Source: Tubulanus polymorphus
Taxonomy: Eukaryota > Animalia > Nemertea
Length of the DNA stretch: 64,000 nt
Direction: 5' to 3'
NCBI RefSeq assembly: GCF_964204645.1
Contig: NC_134031.1
Location: 1,364,001 to 1,428,000 of the forward strand
Of the stretch, positions 14,501 through 27,202 are shown in pieces. Under the pieces are notes generated by a model. That model did no database searches and had not been told where the DNA came from. It saw nothing but the letters and a program-made list of their open reading frames with translations. Position numbers and translations under genes: made by a program. Every line of letters begins with the position of its first letter. Position 1 is the first letter of the stretch.

Positions 14501-15257
14501 AACGACGTCATAAAACAGTATTTCAAATTTACGTACAACTTATTGACGTCGATCAATGTTTGTTTCTTCAACTCATCAAACATGCGTCAGATTCGTTAAA
14601 ATACTAAAATTCAATAATAAAACCTCTCTTCGCTATCGATATAGCGATATGTGTACAGGGAGAGATAGACCTTTTCAGGCCCCTCCCTCAGTTCACATAA
14701 ATTATCTATGAATTTCTCCCTCCCCCCATTAAGCCCTTTACCTAGTCCTAGGCATATATAAAACTCAACCCAAGTTCTATCTCATCTCGGTGAATTTCGA
14801 GGTTATTTTCCTACAAAATTTATCGGACAAAATGTAGAACGTAGCTCGAGAAGGTGTTTATTTATTATCAATACTTGATTCCGAGCAATAAAATGAGTTG
14901 GGAATCAACCAAAATACTGAGAAGGGTGACCCGGGAGTTCCAGATATGATTCTAAGAAAAAAAGACTACTAGGGCTGGGCCGGGCGGGAAATTGGTAGGC
15001 CTAAAGAACTAATTTTGGAACTGTTGTTAAGTCAAGACACTCGATCTGATTTAGTAGGTGGTGCGCGTGTTTTGATGATACTCACTGTTATACTGAACTC
15101 CTCGAGCAAATTTCCGCTGTAACGAAGCCGACATGGCCTGCATGCCGCCCCGGACAGTCGAGCCCACGGAACTCGCGCCGGTTCCATCACGCTCCGCGCC
15201 CGTAGGGCTACCACGTTCATTGTTACTACTACCACCCAGTAACTTTCTAAAAAACAT
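6725..15257 (-). CDS. RABL6: Rab-like protein 6 (RBEL1/PARF), multi-exon
   Basis: MFFRKLLG...[114 protein letters not shown], acidic/Lys-rich tail ending DELEAFLG...YETI. ATG at 15257 is preferred over the GTG at 15263. Exon use in the low-complexity middle is less certain. Confidence 0.93.
7547..7710. repeat. Intronic tandem repeat of ~31-40 bp units (TTCCCTGAATATCATGCCCAGACTTT core), ~4-5 copies
   Basis: Visible direct repeats within a RABL6 intron. Confidence 0.85.
8471..8505 (-). repeat. Coding CAG microsatellite (poly-Q) in RABL6
   Basis: (TGC)n on + strand, translated as a Gln run in ORF 7843-8556. Confidence 0.9.
11762..12279. mobile_element. Penelope-like fold-back element: 13-bp TSD, ~36-nt tail, ~90-bp inverted arms
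   Basis: CAACTGATCTGAT at 11762-11774 and 12267-12279; arm 11811-11904 is the reverse complement of ~12175-12268; hammerhead core adjoins the right arm. Confidence 0.75.
12150..12212 (+). ncRNA. Minimal type-I hammerhead ribozyme motif
   Basis: CTGAAGA (12167-73), T, stem II GACTAT/ATAGTC, GAAA (12193-96), CGTT; stem I TTATTC/GAAATAA extended by GTAGT/ACTAC; palindromic ACGT in place of stem III. Confidence 0.7.
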
Positions 15258-15352
15258 ATCCACAACTGTAGGAAGCCCACTGATTAGAAATGTGGGTCAA
15301 ACAGATGGTAGGCACTGAGCCTACTGAATATCTAATAAACAAATAAGACAAC

Positions 15353-15360
15353 CCGGAAGT
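15353..15360 (+). promoter_or_regulatory. ETS/GABP-type motif upstream of RABL6; a similar motif at ~26001 upstream of DUSP12
   Basis: CCGGAAGT ~100 bp upstream of the RABL6 ATG; a short motif, supported only by position. Confidence 0.35.
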
Positions 15361-16665
15361 GATTTGTCGACGTCTTAAATCCTTGTTTTCCTCCGATTTC
15401 AGAAAGATTTCACTGTAAAACAGCCCTGAATAAAACGATTGTAGAACGAGCTTTGTCTATTTTACATTTTCCTCGGTGGGATTCGGCGCTGGCGACTTCA
15501 GAATTCAAGGAAATCACGGTAAACTTCAAGAAAAATCAGAAATGTCTTATCCAGATCAGACCGAGCAACACCCGTCAAAACAATTATACCTCGCCGCCAG
15601 AAAACAGTACGCAGATAAATCTATCCTTTTGCAAGTTGCAATCATTTGATGCCATTAGGTCTTCGTTTCTAAAGCGAAGAATTATTTTTCTGATAAATTT
15701 GTAATGGTAAGATAAATATTCTTATCTTTAAAAAAGTTACATTTATATATTATTACGCGGGAACTATTTACCATTTATTCGACTGCCAGAGTAGAGTATG
15801 ACCTGAAAACGTGGCAGCACTGTACGGCAGTTTGTTTATTTCGTCTAGTCGCGGTCTAGAGGTGCCGCGGCTCCGACGTCATCGATGACAGTTCCGTTTA
15901 TTCATAAACACCTAACGTCATTAGTACCAAGTTTCCACGTTTTAACGCAATAAATGTCAACCAAACACCATTTCGATAGATTAGCCTAAAAATGACACAA
16001 AACACCGTGGGAACGGTGGGAAAATCTCAGTCAAACCGGGCCGAGTCCCGCCTTTCTTTTGGCCCAGAAAACTATTTCGAACCGGTTACGCACAAAAAAC
16101 CTTCATAAAGTATTGAAATCTATTAACTTTATTTTCAGCCAGAAAATAACAACGATATCAAGATAGGTTCAATCGGATCTTGCCGATCATGTATCATCCG
16201 ACTAGGAAACCTAGATTTAGTGATAAATTTGAGAAGTATTTGACAATTTGTATCCGATCGAATTACGCTCAATGGTTTCTGAGGAACTGGTGTAATGAAG
16301 TTCGCCCCAAGTGCTCCCAGACACGCGAGTTGATATTTGATAATAGAGTATATCGACACAAAACTAAACACAAGTCAAACACATAAATTTCCGTGATATA
16401 TGTCAATATACGCGTCGCACACAACACACAATTACAGTGACAGATTACTGCAATTGAATTCAGTACTGGGAGCGCGCTATAGACCATATACACACGTCTG
16501 CGCAATCATAATGCCTTGAACCAGTCAGGCGGACAGTTAATTTCAGCACAACTTGGAGCACTGGTGCATACACATAACTAACAACCGTTATTTGTTTAAA
16601 ATATACTGTTACACTGAATTGTTTTTGACGCTTTGACCAGTACTGACAGAGTCGAGGGTGTCCCG

Positions 16666-16757
16666 TGTGACGTCACAGCAACTAAACTCCCGGCAGTACT
16701 GTGTACGTGCTGCGCTGCGTGGTCGCTCCTAGTAACGACTGTCTTTCATGGCGATAG
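16666..16757 (+). promoter_or_regulatory. CRE palindrome and X-box-like (RFX) motifs upstream of the FAM166/CIMIP2 gene
   Basis: GTGACGTCAC at ~16667; CGCTCCTAGTAAC at ~16724-16736 and TTTCATGGCGAT at ~16745 resemble RFX X-box sites, ~150-240 bp upstream of a ciliary gene ATG. Confidence 0.4.
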
Positions 16758-16903
16758 ATCTGTGATCTGAAGAGTCCGGTTCATTGTGCGTTCACACAGT
16801 TATTGATACTTCGATTTAAACGCGATAAGTGGCAAGTAGTAGAGGAAATCGTAGATCGTCATTAGAACCACCCGTTGGGAATTGCTACAGTCACAACATC
16901 ACA

Positions 16904-19900
16904 ATGCCGATGCCACCGCAAGGAAAGAGTATTCTAATGACTCCAGACCCATACCATATTCCTGGGTAAGCATTTTTCTTTTTTCTTTTAATGAAAATAT
17001 TTTCAACCCAACATATATCCCTGAAAAACAATGATTTTTAGATTCGTGTTACATATATATATAATTCTGGGTGTGATCAGATAATGAATGCTACTCGGGT
17101 TGGGTTCGTAATTGGAAGCCGTTATTGCCACCAGACAACAAACACTGCAGGCACCGTGTAATAATGAACGCCAAACATAGACTTTATTTCAGCGCAGATA
17201 CTTAATTGATAAAATAAAAAATTCATAAATGTAGTTCGTGACATATGATATAAACCTATATAAATTCCAGCTCGACTGAGCGCATTAACGAGCCTTATAA
17301 ATCAGGAGTTATAGATCTTTATAGAACAATATATCAAATAAAGCTGTACATATTAATAATAACTGTTCGTGTGACATTATTCCCGAATATACCAGTTCTA
17401 TAGTACTGCGCTAAATGACATAATGCGTTCACGCTTCGCGAACCTTCAATTGCAAATGATTGTTAATTGATATGGTTTAGGAGCAATCGATAGTGTTTTG
17501 CTGCAGGTTGAGAACCGTATCTAGAGATCAATGTCACCAATGCAACGGACAAAATCGAGCATCGACTGCAACTTGTAATCACCGATAAACAGCCTCTGAA
17601 AGATTTATGATTTCTGTCTTGCGTATTGTCGGCGTACGTTATGGAATTCTTGTTTAATGCGTGGAGAAATGATAAACCTATATTCACGAATTCCAACTGA
17701 TTATATATAATACTCTCTCTACGACTCGGAAGAAGCTATACTTGTGCCGATAAAAAATACTCACCTTGTTCAGCTATGCCTCACGTGTTTTCACGTCTTC
17801 ACGTCTGAAGGTTTATGGTACATCAAGTGTTGACTTGATATACACAAAACGGTGTCAACTTGCATTTACAAAATTCAAGATATTGTTTGCTTGAATATTT
17901 AAATATTATTAGAATGTACATAACATTTCAGTTCGTGTTTAAGTTAAATATCTTAACTAATGTCTCATCATTAAAACAAGCCGAAACGTTTTCTAAAGTC
18001 TGTTTTCCGTGAGCGGTTTCCAGCTTTTCCGGCTGGAAACCGCTCATGAAAACTGACCGAAAACAGGAAAGTGCTCCTGCAAAGTTTCTCAGCGGGAAAT
18101 AGCTGGAAACCGTTAAAACCAGCCCCTTAAAACTCAGTGAATGGATGTCGTATATACATTTGAGATTATATAAACTTTTCAGTTATGGAGGATTCTGTCC
18201 GCAGTTCAAGTATCAAATCGGAGATACATTCGGTCGGACCACTTCTCGTCTGTTGACCGATCCGAATTGCGCCAGTTCCAAAAATCTGGTTCTAGCCGAG
18301 ATGTACGCGGCAAGAAAGCCGAATATAACCACATCTTTGGGAGATAAGGAAGCGATCGTTAAAGCTCGTACTCGGAGCTGGGGAGATCAGAAACTAGCTG
18401 AAAGTATGGTCCCAGGATATACCGGTAAGACTTTTGGGAAATTGACAGAGAAAAGTGCAATTTGTATGTGTGAATCTTGGAATTCACATGTGAAAAGACC
18501 AACTAAATTCTTGAAAATCTGTTACACTGAAGTCTGGGGTAGAATGCATAGAGATTTATTTTAAATGAAATATATGAATTTGAAATTCATTTTAAATAAA
18601 TAAATCTCTTTGAAATAAATCTCTGAAGAAAGAAGAATTTTACCTGAAGCGTCATTGACCCTTAATGGGTATTTTACGCACAAACCACAGAGAATAACTC
18701 TAGATTTCGATATTTCGATATTACTTTCAGGATTTATTCCCAAAAGTCAACATTTCTTCGGTAAACGATATGCGGAGAATTGTGTGAATGCTATTTCTGA
18801 TTTTGAAACCGATCAGTTGACCCATCGTGAGAAGATGGCTACATTGGCGCGAGCGAAAACTCTCGGCTCAGAAGCTGTAAGTATTGTGTCTAAGTAAATC
18901 GAATCGAATCGAATCTGAGATGACGGGGATTTATAAAAGAAAACATTTATTTTTCTATATTTCAGTTGCTTCCGTCGCGTAGACTGGGGGCTAGCGCTCC
19001 TCTGAAACCGATCGCGCGTTCTCCTAAACCGTACATCTCACCGAATACCCATCATCACTCCATGTCGCCTTACTACATGACTAACGACAATACACAGAAA
19101 AACTTCATGTCAGGTCAGTACAGTACCGAGGTGCGACCAGTTGTTCTAAAACCGACGCTAAGCGGTTTTGCTGACAATTCAAAGTCATTTAACCGCTTTT
19201 TGAGCAACTGGTCCCAGGTCCCGTAAAAAGGTCGTATTTCTATCATAAGGGCTGTCTCGTGTGCGAGTTTCTGCTCATAGAAATACTTTCAAAGCATATA
19301 TCTAAAGCATTTTAAAAAAATCCAATAAACATGGAACTCCACTTGTATATTCGAATAACTATGAAAACCATTTTCAATAAAAGGAAACATAATGTGGAGT
19401 TGGCAGTCATTTCCAATTAAGTGAAAAAATATGTAAAATGCAATTTCCAAATTCATTATTCATGGTTTACATTATGTAGGTAAATCTATCAAGAATGAAA
19501 TCTATTGTCCTCATCGTGTAGAAGCGACACTTGTTTCATTGAATTATTGTTTGTTTGTTTCAGGATACACGGGATTCGTGCCTAGATCTCGAGGATTGAT
19601 CGGTCGCGGTTACCCGATTATAACTCACTTCGCTCTCAACGAATTCACTGATGACATCGGTAAACACAAACACGTCGCATCGGCTCCGGTTCAGGTTCAC
19701 CGAGCTGAGGTTTTTAAACTAGACTCGACTAAGATTTATCCGACAGAAAATGGATTAGTTCCACATTACACCGGACATATACCGGGTAAGTATCTGATTT
19801 TCCTTATTAAAAGAGAAGATACACAATATCCGTGTATGATGATGACGACAGAAATCCCACAATAACAAAACCAAAATTGAAAAATCCTATATCAGAATGA

Positions 19901-20271
19901 TTGTATTTGAGGAGCGACGTTTCGGCTAACAACTGTTAGCCATCATCAGGCGTACTGAATCATCTTCAACAATCATTCTGATATAAAATTTTTCAATTTT
20001 GGCCTTGTTATTGTGGGATTTCTCTCGTTTCTTTTTCTAGTTTCAATCTGCACAGATGTCGCCAGTATGTGGACATTGCAGGCGGCCTAGATGCTTTTTG
20101 GTTATCATTTTCAGAATACACTCAATGAAAAATTGTTTCTGATGATGAATTCTTCAAATATTCATTTTCGTTTCAGGTCAAAAATTCCGCTACGGTCAAA
20201 CTTTCGGACACAGCACACAAGACTCATTGGTCCGGTCGAACACAACCTCACAAATACCTATATCTGTTTAA
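16904..20271 (+). CDS. FAM166/CIMIP2-family ciliary microtubule inner protein (FAM166B-like), 6 coding exons
   Basis: MPMPPQGKSILMTPDPYHIPG|YGGFCPQFKYQIGDTFGRTT, MVPGYTGFIPKSQHFFGKRYA, FMSGYTGFVPRSRGLIGRGYP, GLVPHYTGHIPGQKFRYGQTFGHST: repeated PGYxGxxP...YGxTFG motifs typical of the family. Confidence 0.88.
18002..18053. repeat. Long hairpin (15-bp perfect core, extendable)
   Basis: TGAGCGGTTTCCAGC-TTTTCCG-GCTGGAAACCGCTCA flanked by GTTTT/AAAAC. Confidence 0.8.
19850..20022. mobile_element. Penelope-like fold-back element in the last FAM166 intron
   Basis: Inverted arms GAAATCCCACAATAACAA...TATATCAGAATGATTGT and ACAATCATTCTGATATA...TTGTTATTGTGGGATTTC; arm end and preceding tail (ACACAATATCCGTGT) resemble the 11.8-kb element. 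Confidence 0.65.
19910..19956 (-). ncRNA. Minimal type-I hammerhead ribozyme motif with canonical core
   Basis: Minus strand: GC-CTGATGA-T-GGCTAAC-AGTT-GTTAGCC-GAAA-C-GTC-GC; perfect 7-bp stem II and GUC triplet, but a weak (2-bp) stem I. Confidence 0.65.
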
Positions 20272-21741
20272 TTAATTAGTGAATAGTTTAACAGTTTTTT
20301 CTTCAACCATCAAATGCTTTGCAAAGAATCCCGTCCAAAATTCAAATAATTGTTATAGAACATATCAGCAGGATAATTTGATAGCTTTTCGATACAAATT
20401 TTGTAGGATAGCAATTAGAAGTTGGAACCTACTTCTATTTTCGAATCCTTTCGCGCGTACCTCTTTCTTTAAACAAAGAAAGAAAATCATTAATTAATCT
20501 ATAGCTAACTATTTGTGACGCACGTGTACAAACATACACATGTATATAGAAACCAACGTGTACTATTGATATATATATATATATATTAAGTTATATTCTC
20601 CGATTTCAAATTTTTGAAATTGTGAAAATGCTCATCAAAGCGCTGTGTGATATTTTTAAATCTACGTATATTTTAAGCCTTGTAAATTATAAAGATTTTC
20701 ATTTTGTCCTTGTCTATGTATCATTTACTCGTTGCTGTAATGTAATAAAGTATATCTATAAGCATTCATCGTAACAGTATGTAATGATATACGTGGTCTA
20801 ATTATAGACATTAGGAGGTGATCTGACCAATCCTTTATTTCAACGAAATTAATCCATCTCCAACTTAGATAATTATTATGTTAACGGTTATGTTTTGGTC
20901 AGCTGTTAATGTTTGTTTGTTTTTTCTATTCCGCCTCCTGTACGCTGGTAGTTAACTCAATATTACGTGCGAATGTCTATTGTCGTCGATGTATTGTATG
21001 TGTTTAACTTGCACAGTTATTGTACCGGGTGAACTGCTGATAATAAAACAAATTTAGTTTTTCATTTTGAAATATGGCTTTCCGTTTTAATGGTATGTAT
21101 TTACTTTAATGATAAACAATAAATAATCAACAGCACAATCTTTCAATTAGCGCCTGTTTCATAGTGTTCACGAGCGCGTGGGCTGAGGTATTACAGGTAT
21201 TACTAACTAATTTGAACAGGAAAGTCTTAATTGATTGAAGTCTTAATAGTTTGATTATTGCTGAAAGTACATGTTTTTATAGCACCTATAAAGGAGACCA
21301 TACTTCTATATAATATCATATATACAACGCCTATGAAATATCCGGATATAAACCATGTCTTACTGAGAGATTCAGATATAATTTTTCTGATATTTCATCC
21401 TTCTATCTCCTGATGCGGCCAGCCGTACTGTAGACAGAATATCATTTCAGCTCATTCTCACTATTCGCATGAAAAAACGGTTCGCTTCCTATGCGCCACT
21501 AGTGAAAATGTCGTAACTTCAGATTAAAAACCACCGAACACTCGGTGTTTGAAAAAATTGGTATTTTTTCATAGGACTCAATACGTAACGATGAATGCCG
21601 CCGCAGGTGATAACATGTAACCGATACTAGTAATAACGAACACCTTAGGTAATGCCAATTGTCATCCGTATGTTATGACATGTCAGTGACCACACCCGAC
21701 TGGTCACAACCCACTGATCCTACATATTTACAAATGCACAT

Positions 21742-21823
21742 AGTCGCTACAGTTTAGTGGCCTAGTGGTTAGCATTCACAGCTATCACGATGGAGAACGC
21801 GAGTTCGAAACCCGCTGCGACTA
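21742..21823 (+). pseudogene. tRNA-like sequence (Asp/Glu-like); pseudogene or SINE head
   Basis: A-box TGGCCTAGTGG, loop CTATCAC, B-box GAGTTCGAAAC, AGTCGC/GCGACT end pairing; extra bases and a poor anticodon stem argue against a functional tRNA. Confidence 0.5.
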
Positions 21824-21859
21824 ATGATGTGCCCGCGACGTGCTGATGGTTGCTAGGAC

Positions 21860-22232
21860 AGTTTTTTGATCAGTTGATTCTGCGTCATTTTTTTTTTAAA
21901 CACAGATCGTTTATTTATCTAGTACAGGCCGCTTTATTCGGTAGAAACTTTTTTTTAGATAGAGTATAGTAAAAATTCGTTGAACATACCGAGTAGTATC
22001 CATATTTCTAAAAAGAAATACATTGTCAGGGCCTCATTCAGGGACTGGGTGTCAGTTACATAGGGTAATGACAATGTTAGGGAATGCCGTGTTATGACAT
22101 GTTATCCTCGTTTTTTGATCAGTTGATTATGCTTAATTTCTTTTCTAAACACAAATCGCTTATTTATCTAGTATAGGCCGCTTTATTCGATAGCGTTGAA
22201 CAATACCGAGTAGTATTAATATTTCTAAAAAC
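21860..22232. repeat. Diverged direct duplication of ~120-150 bp (21860-22015 vs 22110-22232)
   Basis: Shared TTTTTTGATCAGTTGATT, TTATTTATCTAGTA.AGGCCGCTTTATTCG and ATACCGAGTAGTAT blocks. Confidence 0.75.
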
Positions 22233-22684
22233 AATATGATGTCATAAAAAAGCTTTCAGTCTAACAGCAGTTCGAGTAACAATATCACAATTTTGTGCTA
22301 AAAAACCACCGATAGAATCAGTTTATCAAGGCCGCGCTTGAACCTCCTTAAACATATCAGAATTAAAGGAATATTAAAGAATTTGCAGTTTCTAAACACA
22401 TTATTACGCCAGGAATTTGTTTTCATGTATATTGAAAGATGAGGTGTGTAGGGTAAGTCTTGTCTCACTGTCTAGATCTACAGTTTCCAAAGAGTTGGTC
22501 GTAATATTTGGCTGAGGGAAAATGCTTTTCTAAGTATTCCAGAGTTAATAGATCGTAAATGTTAATGTGCTCTCTCCAGTCCGTGTCCTAGTGATAATCC
22601 GTCTGTAAAATATGGATCCTCTGCAGCTATGTGTAAAATATAGCTCTGCAGCCAAGTGTTTAAAATATAACTCCTCAGCTAAGT

Positions 22685-23353
22685 GTTAGATATAGCTCCT
22701 CTGCTGTGTAAGATATAGCTCCTCTGCTATGTAAGATATAGCTCCTCTGCAGCTATGTGTAAGATATAGCTCCTCTGCTGTGTAAGATATAGCTCCTCTG
22801 CTGTGTAAGATATAGCTCCTCTGCTGTGTAAGATATAGCTCCTCTGCTGTGTAAGATATAGCTCCTCTGCTATGTAAGATATAGCTCCTCTGCTATGTAA
22901 GATATAGCTCCTCTGCTGTGTAAGATATAACCCCTCTGCTGTGTAAGATATAGCTCCTCTGCTGTGTAAGATATAGCTCCTCTGCTGTGTAAGATATAGC
23001 TCCTCTGCTGTGTAAGATATAGCTCCTCTGCTGTGTAAGATATAGCTCCTCTGCTGTGTAAGATATAGCTCCTCTGCTGTGTAAGATATAGCTCCTCTGC
23101 TGTGTAAGATATAGCTCCTCTGCTAAGTAAGATATAGCTCCTCTGCTATGTAAGATATAGCTCCTCTGCTGTGTAAGATATAGCTCCTCTGCTGTGTAAG
23201 ATATAGCTCCTCTGCTATGTAAGATATAGCTCCTCTGCTGTGTAAGATATAGCTCCTCTGCTATGTAAGATATAGCTCCTCTGCTATGTAAGATATAGCT
23301 CCTCTGCTGTGTAAGATATAGCTCCTCTGCTGTGTAAGATATAGCTCCTCTGC
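22685..23353. repeat. 23-bp minisatellite (GTAAGATATAGCTCCTCTGCTGT), ~29 copies
   Basis: Near-identical tandem units; degenerate copies extend left to ~22605. Confidence 0.95.
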
Positions 23354-24065
23354 AGCTTTGAGTTTCACAAAGCTTTTCTGCTAACAAAACGCAAATCCAA
23401 GAAATCCTTCCTGATTTTCGAATTAACGAACGATGAACAACAAACAAATTCACAAATTCACAAAATACAATCAATTCATCATTTATTAATCTATTTAAAT
23501 ATATCTTTAAATAAATTGCAACAATTATATTCATCAATTCAACATTTGACAGTGAGGTAATTCTGAGCACCAATCATCACTTATTATTCAGTCAGTTACA
23601 GTTCAAACTATTTTTGATGACTAAATACTCGAAAATAAATGCAAGGCAAAATATGTAGTGTCACTGCACCACAATGAATAGACAAACTCAAGTCATCATT
23701 AGTTGTGATGATCATTTTGTCGACGACTTATCGAAATTATGACTTGTATTCTAGTGAACTGAATTAAAAATACAAATTAGGACTGAAAATAGTGGTGATT
23801 TAAACGATGACGACTTCTTTGAGTTTGACTGTAGTGGTCTTAATACTGTTTAAAAGTCTCTTGTTTCAGGGAATATTCAGCATTTTAAACAGCAGGAATT
23901 AACTTATCATTTAACCCTTTACAAGTAAACGCGTACGACCCTGAGTTCAATCAATGAGGATACTGGAATACCTACTGCGGCAATCGAGGATTCCACCTGT
24001 GGCAGTTGAGGGATAGCACAGGATCCTCATTATCAATCAAATAGTTATAATATACGAGTGAGTTG

Positions 24066-25780
24066 TCATAAAAAGATCTGTTTACCGACTGGTAAACCGG
24101 TGCTAGTATTCATTACTGGTAGATTATGACGATTAGTTCGTATTCTCTGCGGATTGACCGCTGCACTGACCACTGGTCGACACAGGTCGACTTTACTCGA
24201 CTGAATGTGAAACGCCGGAGTGATCCACGTACCGCAGCTGCATCGGTCGCCGCACCAGTTAAACGAACCTAGTTTACAGTGACATTTCGGGCAGGCCAAC
24301 TGAAAATACACGAAAACATAAACTTTCCTTGACACAAATTGATCTAATCGCAGGTTACAATAAGAGTACAGACAACAATGCTTACTTTTCCTTCTAAAAC
24401 CATGATAGCTTCTGACATCCATTGAACTGGTTCTATAAACAGCGATTGGTTACACGCATCTGATGTACCTGCTGCTGCTGCTGCTTGATTGGGTTTCTGT
24501 TTTAAGTAATGAGCTCTCCAATCGAATGCAGCATCTCCCTGACCGACTTCATGACTCTGAATGCCTGTCGCTCTAAACAAAGGCCGCCTACAAACAGTTT
24601 ACATCAATGTACAGTGAATTGTAGCCAGAGTTTATATAGAGTTCAGAGTTTCCACTTCATTCATGATGCATAGATTAATAGTAGTTACTACTGACCTGCA
24701 TTTGCGACATTTATATATCGTTTCAGAGCCGTTTTGATTCAAATTCGGATCTGATGCCATCATATCTTCACTCAATTCTGTCTCCTGCCTCGCTGTAAGT
24801 GAAAATAACCCGACAAATAGTCTTCATCATGTATAATAGTACTCAGAGACTCCAGAGTCAGACTCTTAACTCCAACAACTCCAGAATCTGATTCTTACCT
24901 TCTTTCATTGATTGAGCCCATAGTTTTAAGCGATACAGTTTGTAACCTTCATGCGTCAGATCTATTCTATTACCCATAGCTTCAAACAGTTCCAACTGAT
25001 TCATGAAACCCGCATTAGGTCTGACAAAAAATTAAAGTTTTTTTAAATAAAAGTTTTTTTTAAATCAAGTTTCATCAATTAAGTAAAATGTTCGGTATTT
25101 TTACCTGATTGTCGGTCGTTTATTCTGTAACTTCTTGTAAATTTCATTCAATGACTCTTTGTCTCTGTACATCAGATACGCTATCATTATAGTACAGCTA
25201 CGAGACTGACCTGCATAGCTAGAATGACACATACATTAGTGACACAGAGTTAATATTGTAGGCCCAGCTGCGGTCATAGCTTAAGCTGTCCAAAAGTGGT
25301 CTCAAATCACTAAGCTAAGGTTTATTAGATTGGCTATAGAACTAAGATGATCTTAGGACGATTGAGTGTAGAACAAAAAAGAGCTTAAACTGATAGTTTA
25401 ATAAAATAAACTTCAAATGTAAACCCTGACAGGCTGACTGCAGCACAGGCTGTGATATAGAGCCTGATGACTTACCAATGAACTAAAACAGATCCGTTTT
25501 TCTTAGACGCATCATCCATAAATTCGAAACACTCATTAAAATGTCGCAGTAAATCGGTATCCTCACTGTCTAACAGATTGATGTATTTATACGCCATGTT
25601 TTTGATGTATATTTTACTCAGCGGTCGGCAGTCTAGTGTGAGTATATGAGTGACTCCGAGACTCCGGAGTTGATCGGTTTGAGTCGCAGCGTTCAGGTTC
25701 CCCAGATATAATCCATCGCCTACCGCTGATAGATCATCTATCGATTTATCCGCGGGCTTAGGATCCTTTTTATTAGCCAT
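24066..25780 (-). CDS. DUSP12: Dual-specificity protein phosphatase 12 (YVH1-like), 6 coding exons
   Basis: GLYLGN, catalytic VHCYAGQSRS joined across a splice, RPNAGFMNQL, zinc-binding C-terminus YKCRKCRR...SLFIEPVQWM...EGKLACPKCHCKLGSFNWCGDRCSCGTWITPAFHIQSSKVD. Confidence 0.93.
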
Positions 25781-26908
25781 AATTTAAATCGAAGGCGAAG
25801 AGTTGAATCCTGAAAAAAGAGCGAACGAAGTCGAAGAAGAGAAGATGGTTAGTTTAAAAGGAAGGCTTCCCGGGAGGGCTTATTCAGGTATCCGACAGAT
25901 ACTCACACATCTATCGAATTATTCTGTCAAATAACTGTGTCGTTGTATTTCTTAATTAGTAACGATCACTATTAATATTATATTGATTGATTTTAGGAAC
26001 CCGGAAGTAAAAATTAGGGGCACGTATTCGTTCGCGTACGGCAGAGGCAGGAGCTGATCAATGCAAATTCTAATATGATAACTTTATTCTGCCATTTCGA
26101 GGAATTTCGCTTATGGCCGTCTATATGATATACTGGCGTAGGGAAACCGCTTTACGATGAAGATTTTCAGAAAGTATGTCGCAACGTTTGTTATGTTTTG
26201 AAATTAGGAACAGTTTAACACTCATACACTGAATAAACTTTGATACTCACAAGAGCATGTTTTGAAATGCCTTTTCCGGTTTGTTATCAATTAAGTGTAC
26301 GGACACTTTTCCCGCAGAGCCGTGGCGATCAGAGAGGACGCGAGCGGGTTCTGTCGGTCCAGACCGTAGTTGGACGGGCAGTTAGAGTTCCACTGGTAGC
26401 AACTCCAACCAAATTATAACTTCTTGATGTCTCCGCATGATTTTGATTCCCCCGAGAGAATTATTCTGGATGTCCTGCGTCCTATCACTGCAGTGGCCCT
26501 GATGCTCGGCGTGTCCCAGACAACCTTTCGCCGTATGCCACCGGCCCAAGGGGTGACCTATTTGGTCAATCTGAAGATTGCGTATGAGTGGCCTAGATAG
26601 AACGATATTTGAAGGATCGCGTTGGACATTATCTACAAGAGTCTATGTTCACATAAGATGATGATGGACGCAAGCGTGCCACGACCACCAACAAACTACT
26701 ACATGTTTGTACATGTTTATGTAACATCTTATAACATTCATATTCATTCAATCTCGATAAATATTTTTTTCACCGCGAAGAAAAAATCTTAATAAAGACA
26801 AAGATATCAAACTTCAATATATCGTTTATTTCTGTTTAACAATCATTGAGTGTAAATAACAATACTACTAACTACAATTCACCATTCTGTTCTCCGTCGC
26901 TGCAGCCA

Positions 26909-27202
26909 GCAACAGATCAATGGACGAAGTGACCAATATCAGTAACAGATCAATGGACCAAGTGACCGATATCAGCAACAGATCAATGGACCAAGTGACC
27001 AATATCAGCGACAGATCAATGGACCAAGTGACCAATATCAGTAACAGATCAATGGACCAAGTGACCAATATCAGTAACAGATCAATGGACCAAGTGACCG
27101 ATATCAGCAACAGATCAATGGACCAAGTGACCAATATCAGCAACAGATCAATGGACCAAGTGACCAATATCAGTAACAGATTAATGGACCAAGTGACCAA
27201 TA
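26909..27202 (-). repeat. 33-bp tandem repeat (9 copies) of the last ten codons plus stop of the TSP1-repeat gene
   Basis: Minus-strand unit TATTGGTCACTTGGTCCATTGATCTGTTACTGA (YWSLGPLICY*); the first copy is the gene's coding end. Confidence 0.9.

Noticed and set aside
15453-16505. Short ORFs between RABL6 and FAM166
   Set aside because: Non-ATG starts, no recognisable motifs or consistent exon chain; likely promoter/UTR sequence.
21742-21823. Functional tRNA gene (also a B-box-like remnant at ~45170-45222)
   Set aside because: Anticodon stem does not pair, extra bases in the acceptor/D region, no poly-T terminator; kept only as pseudogene or SINE head.
22893-23573. 226-aa ORF with a 23-residue period
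   Set aside because: Translation of the 23-bp minisatellite cycling through frames; no coding features.
26290-26700. 7SK, telomerase or RNase P/MRP RNA
   Set aside because: No CTAACCCTAA template, GATC motifs too far apart for the 7SK 5' stem, no RNase P/MRP P4 consensus seen.
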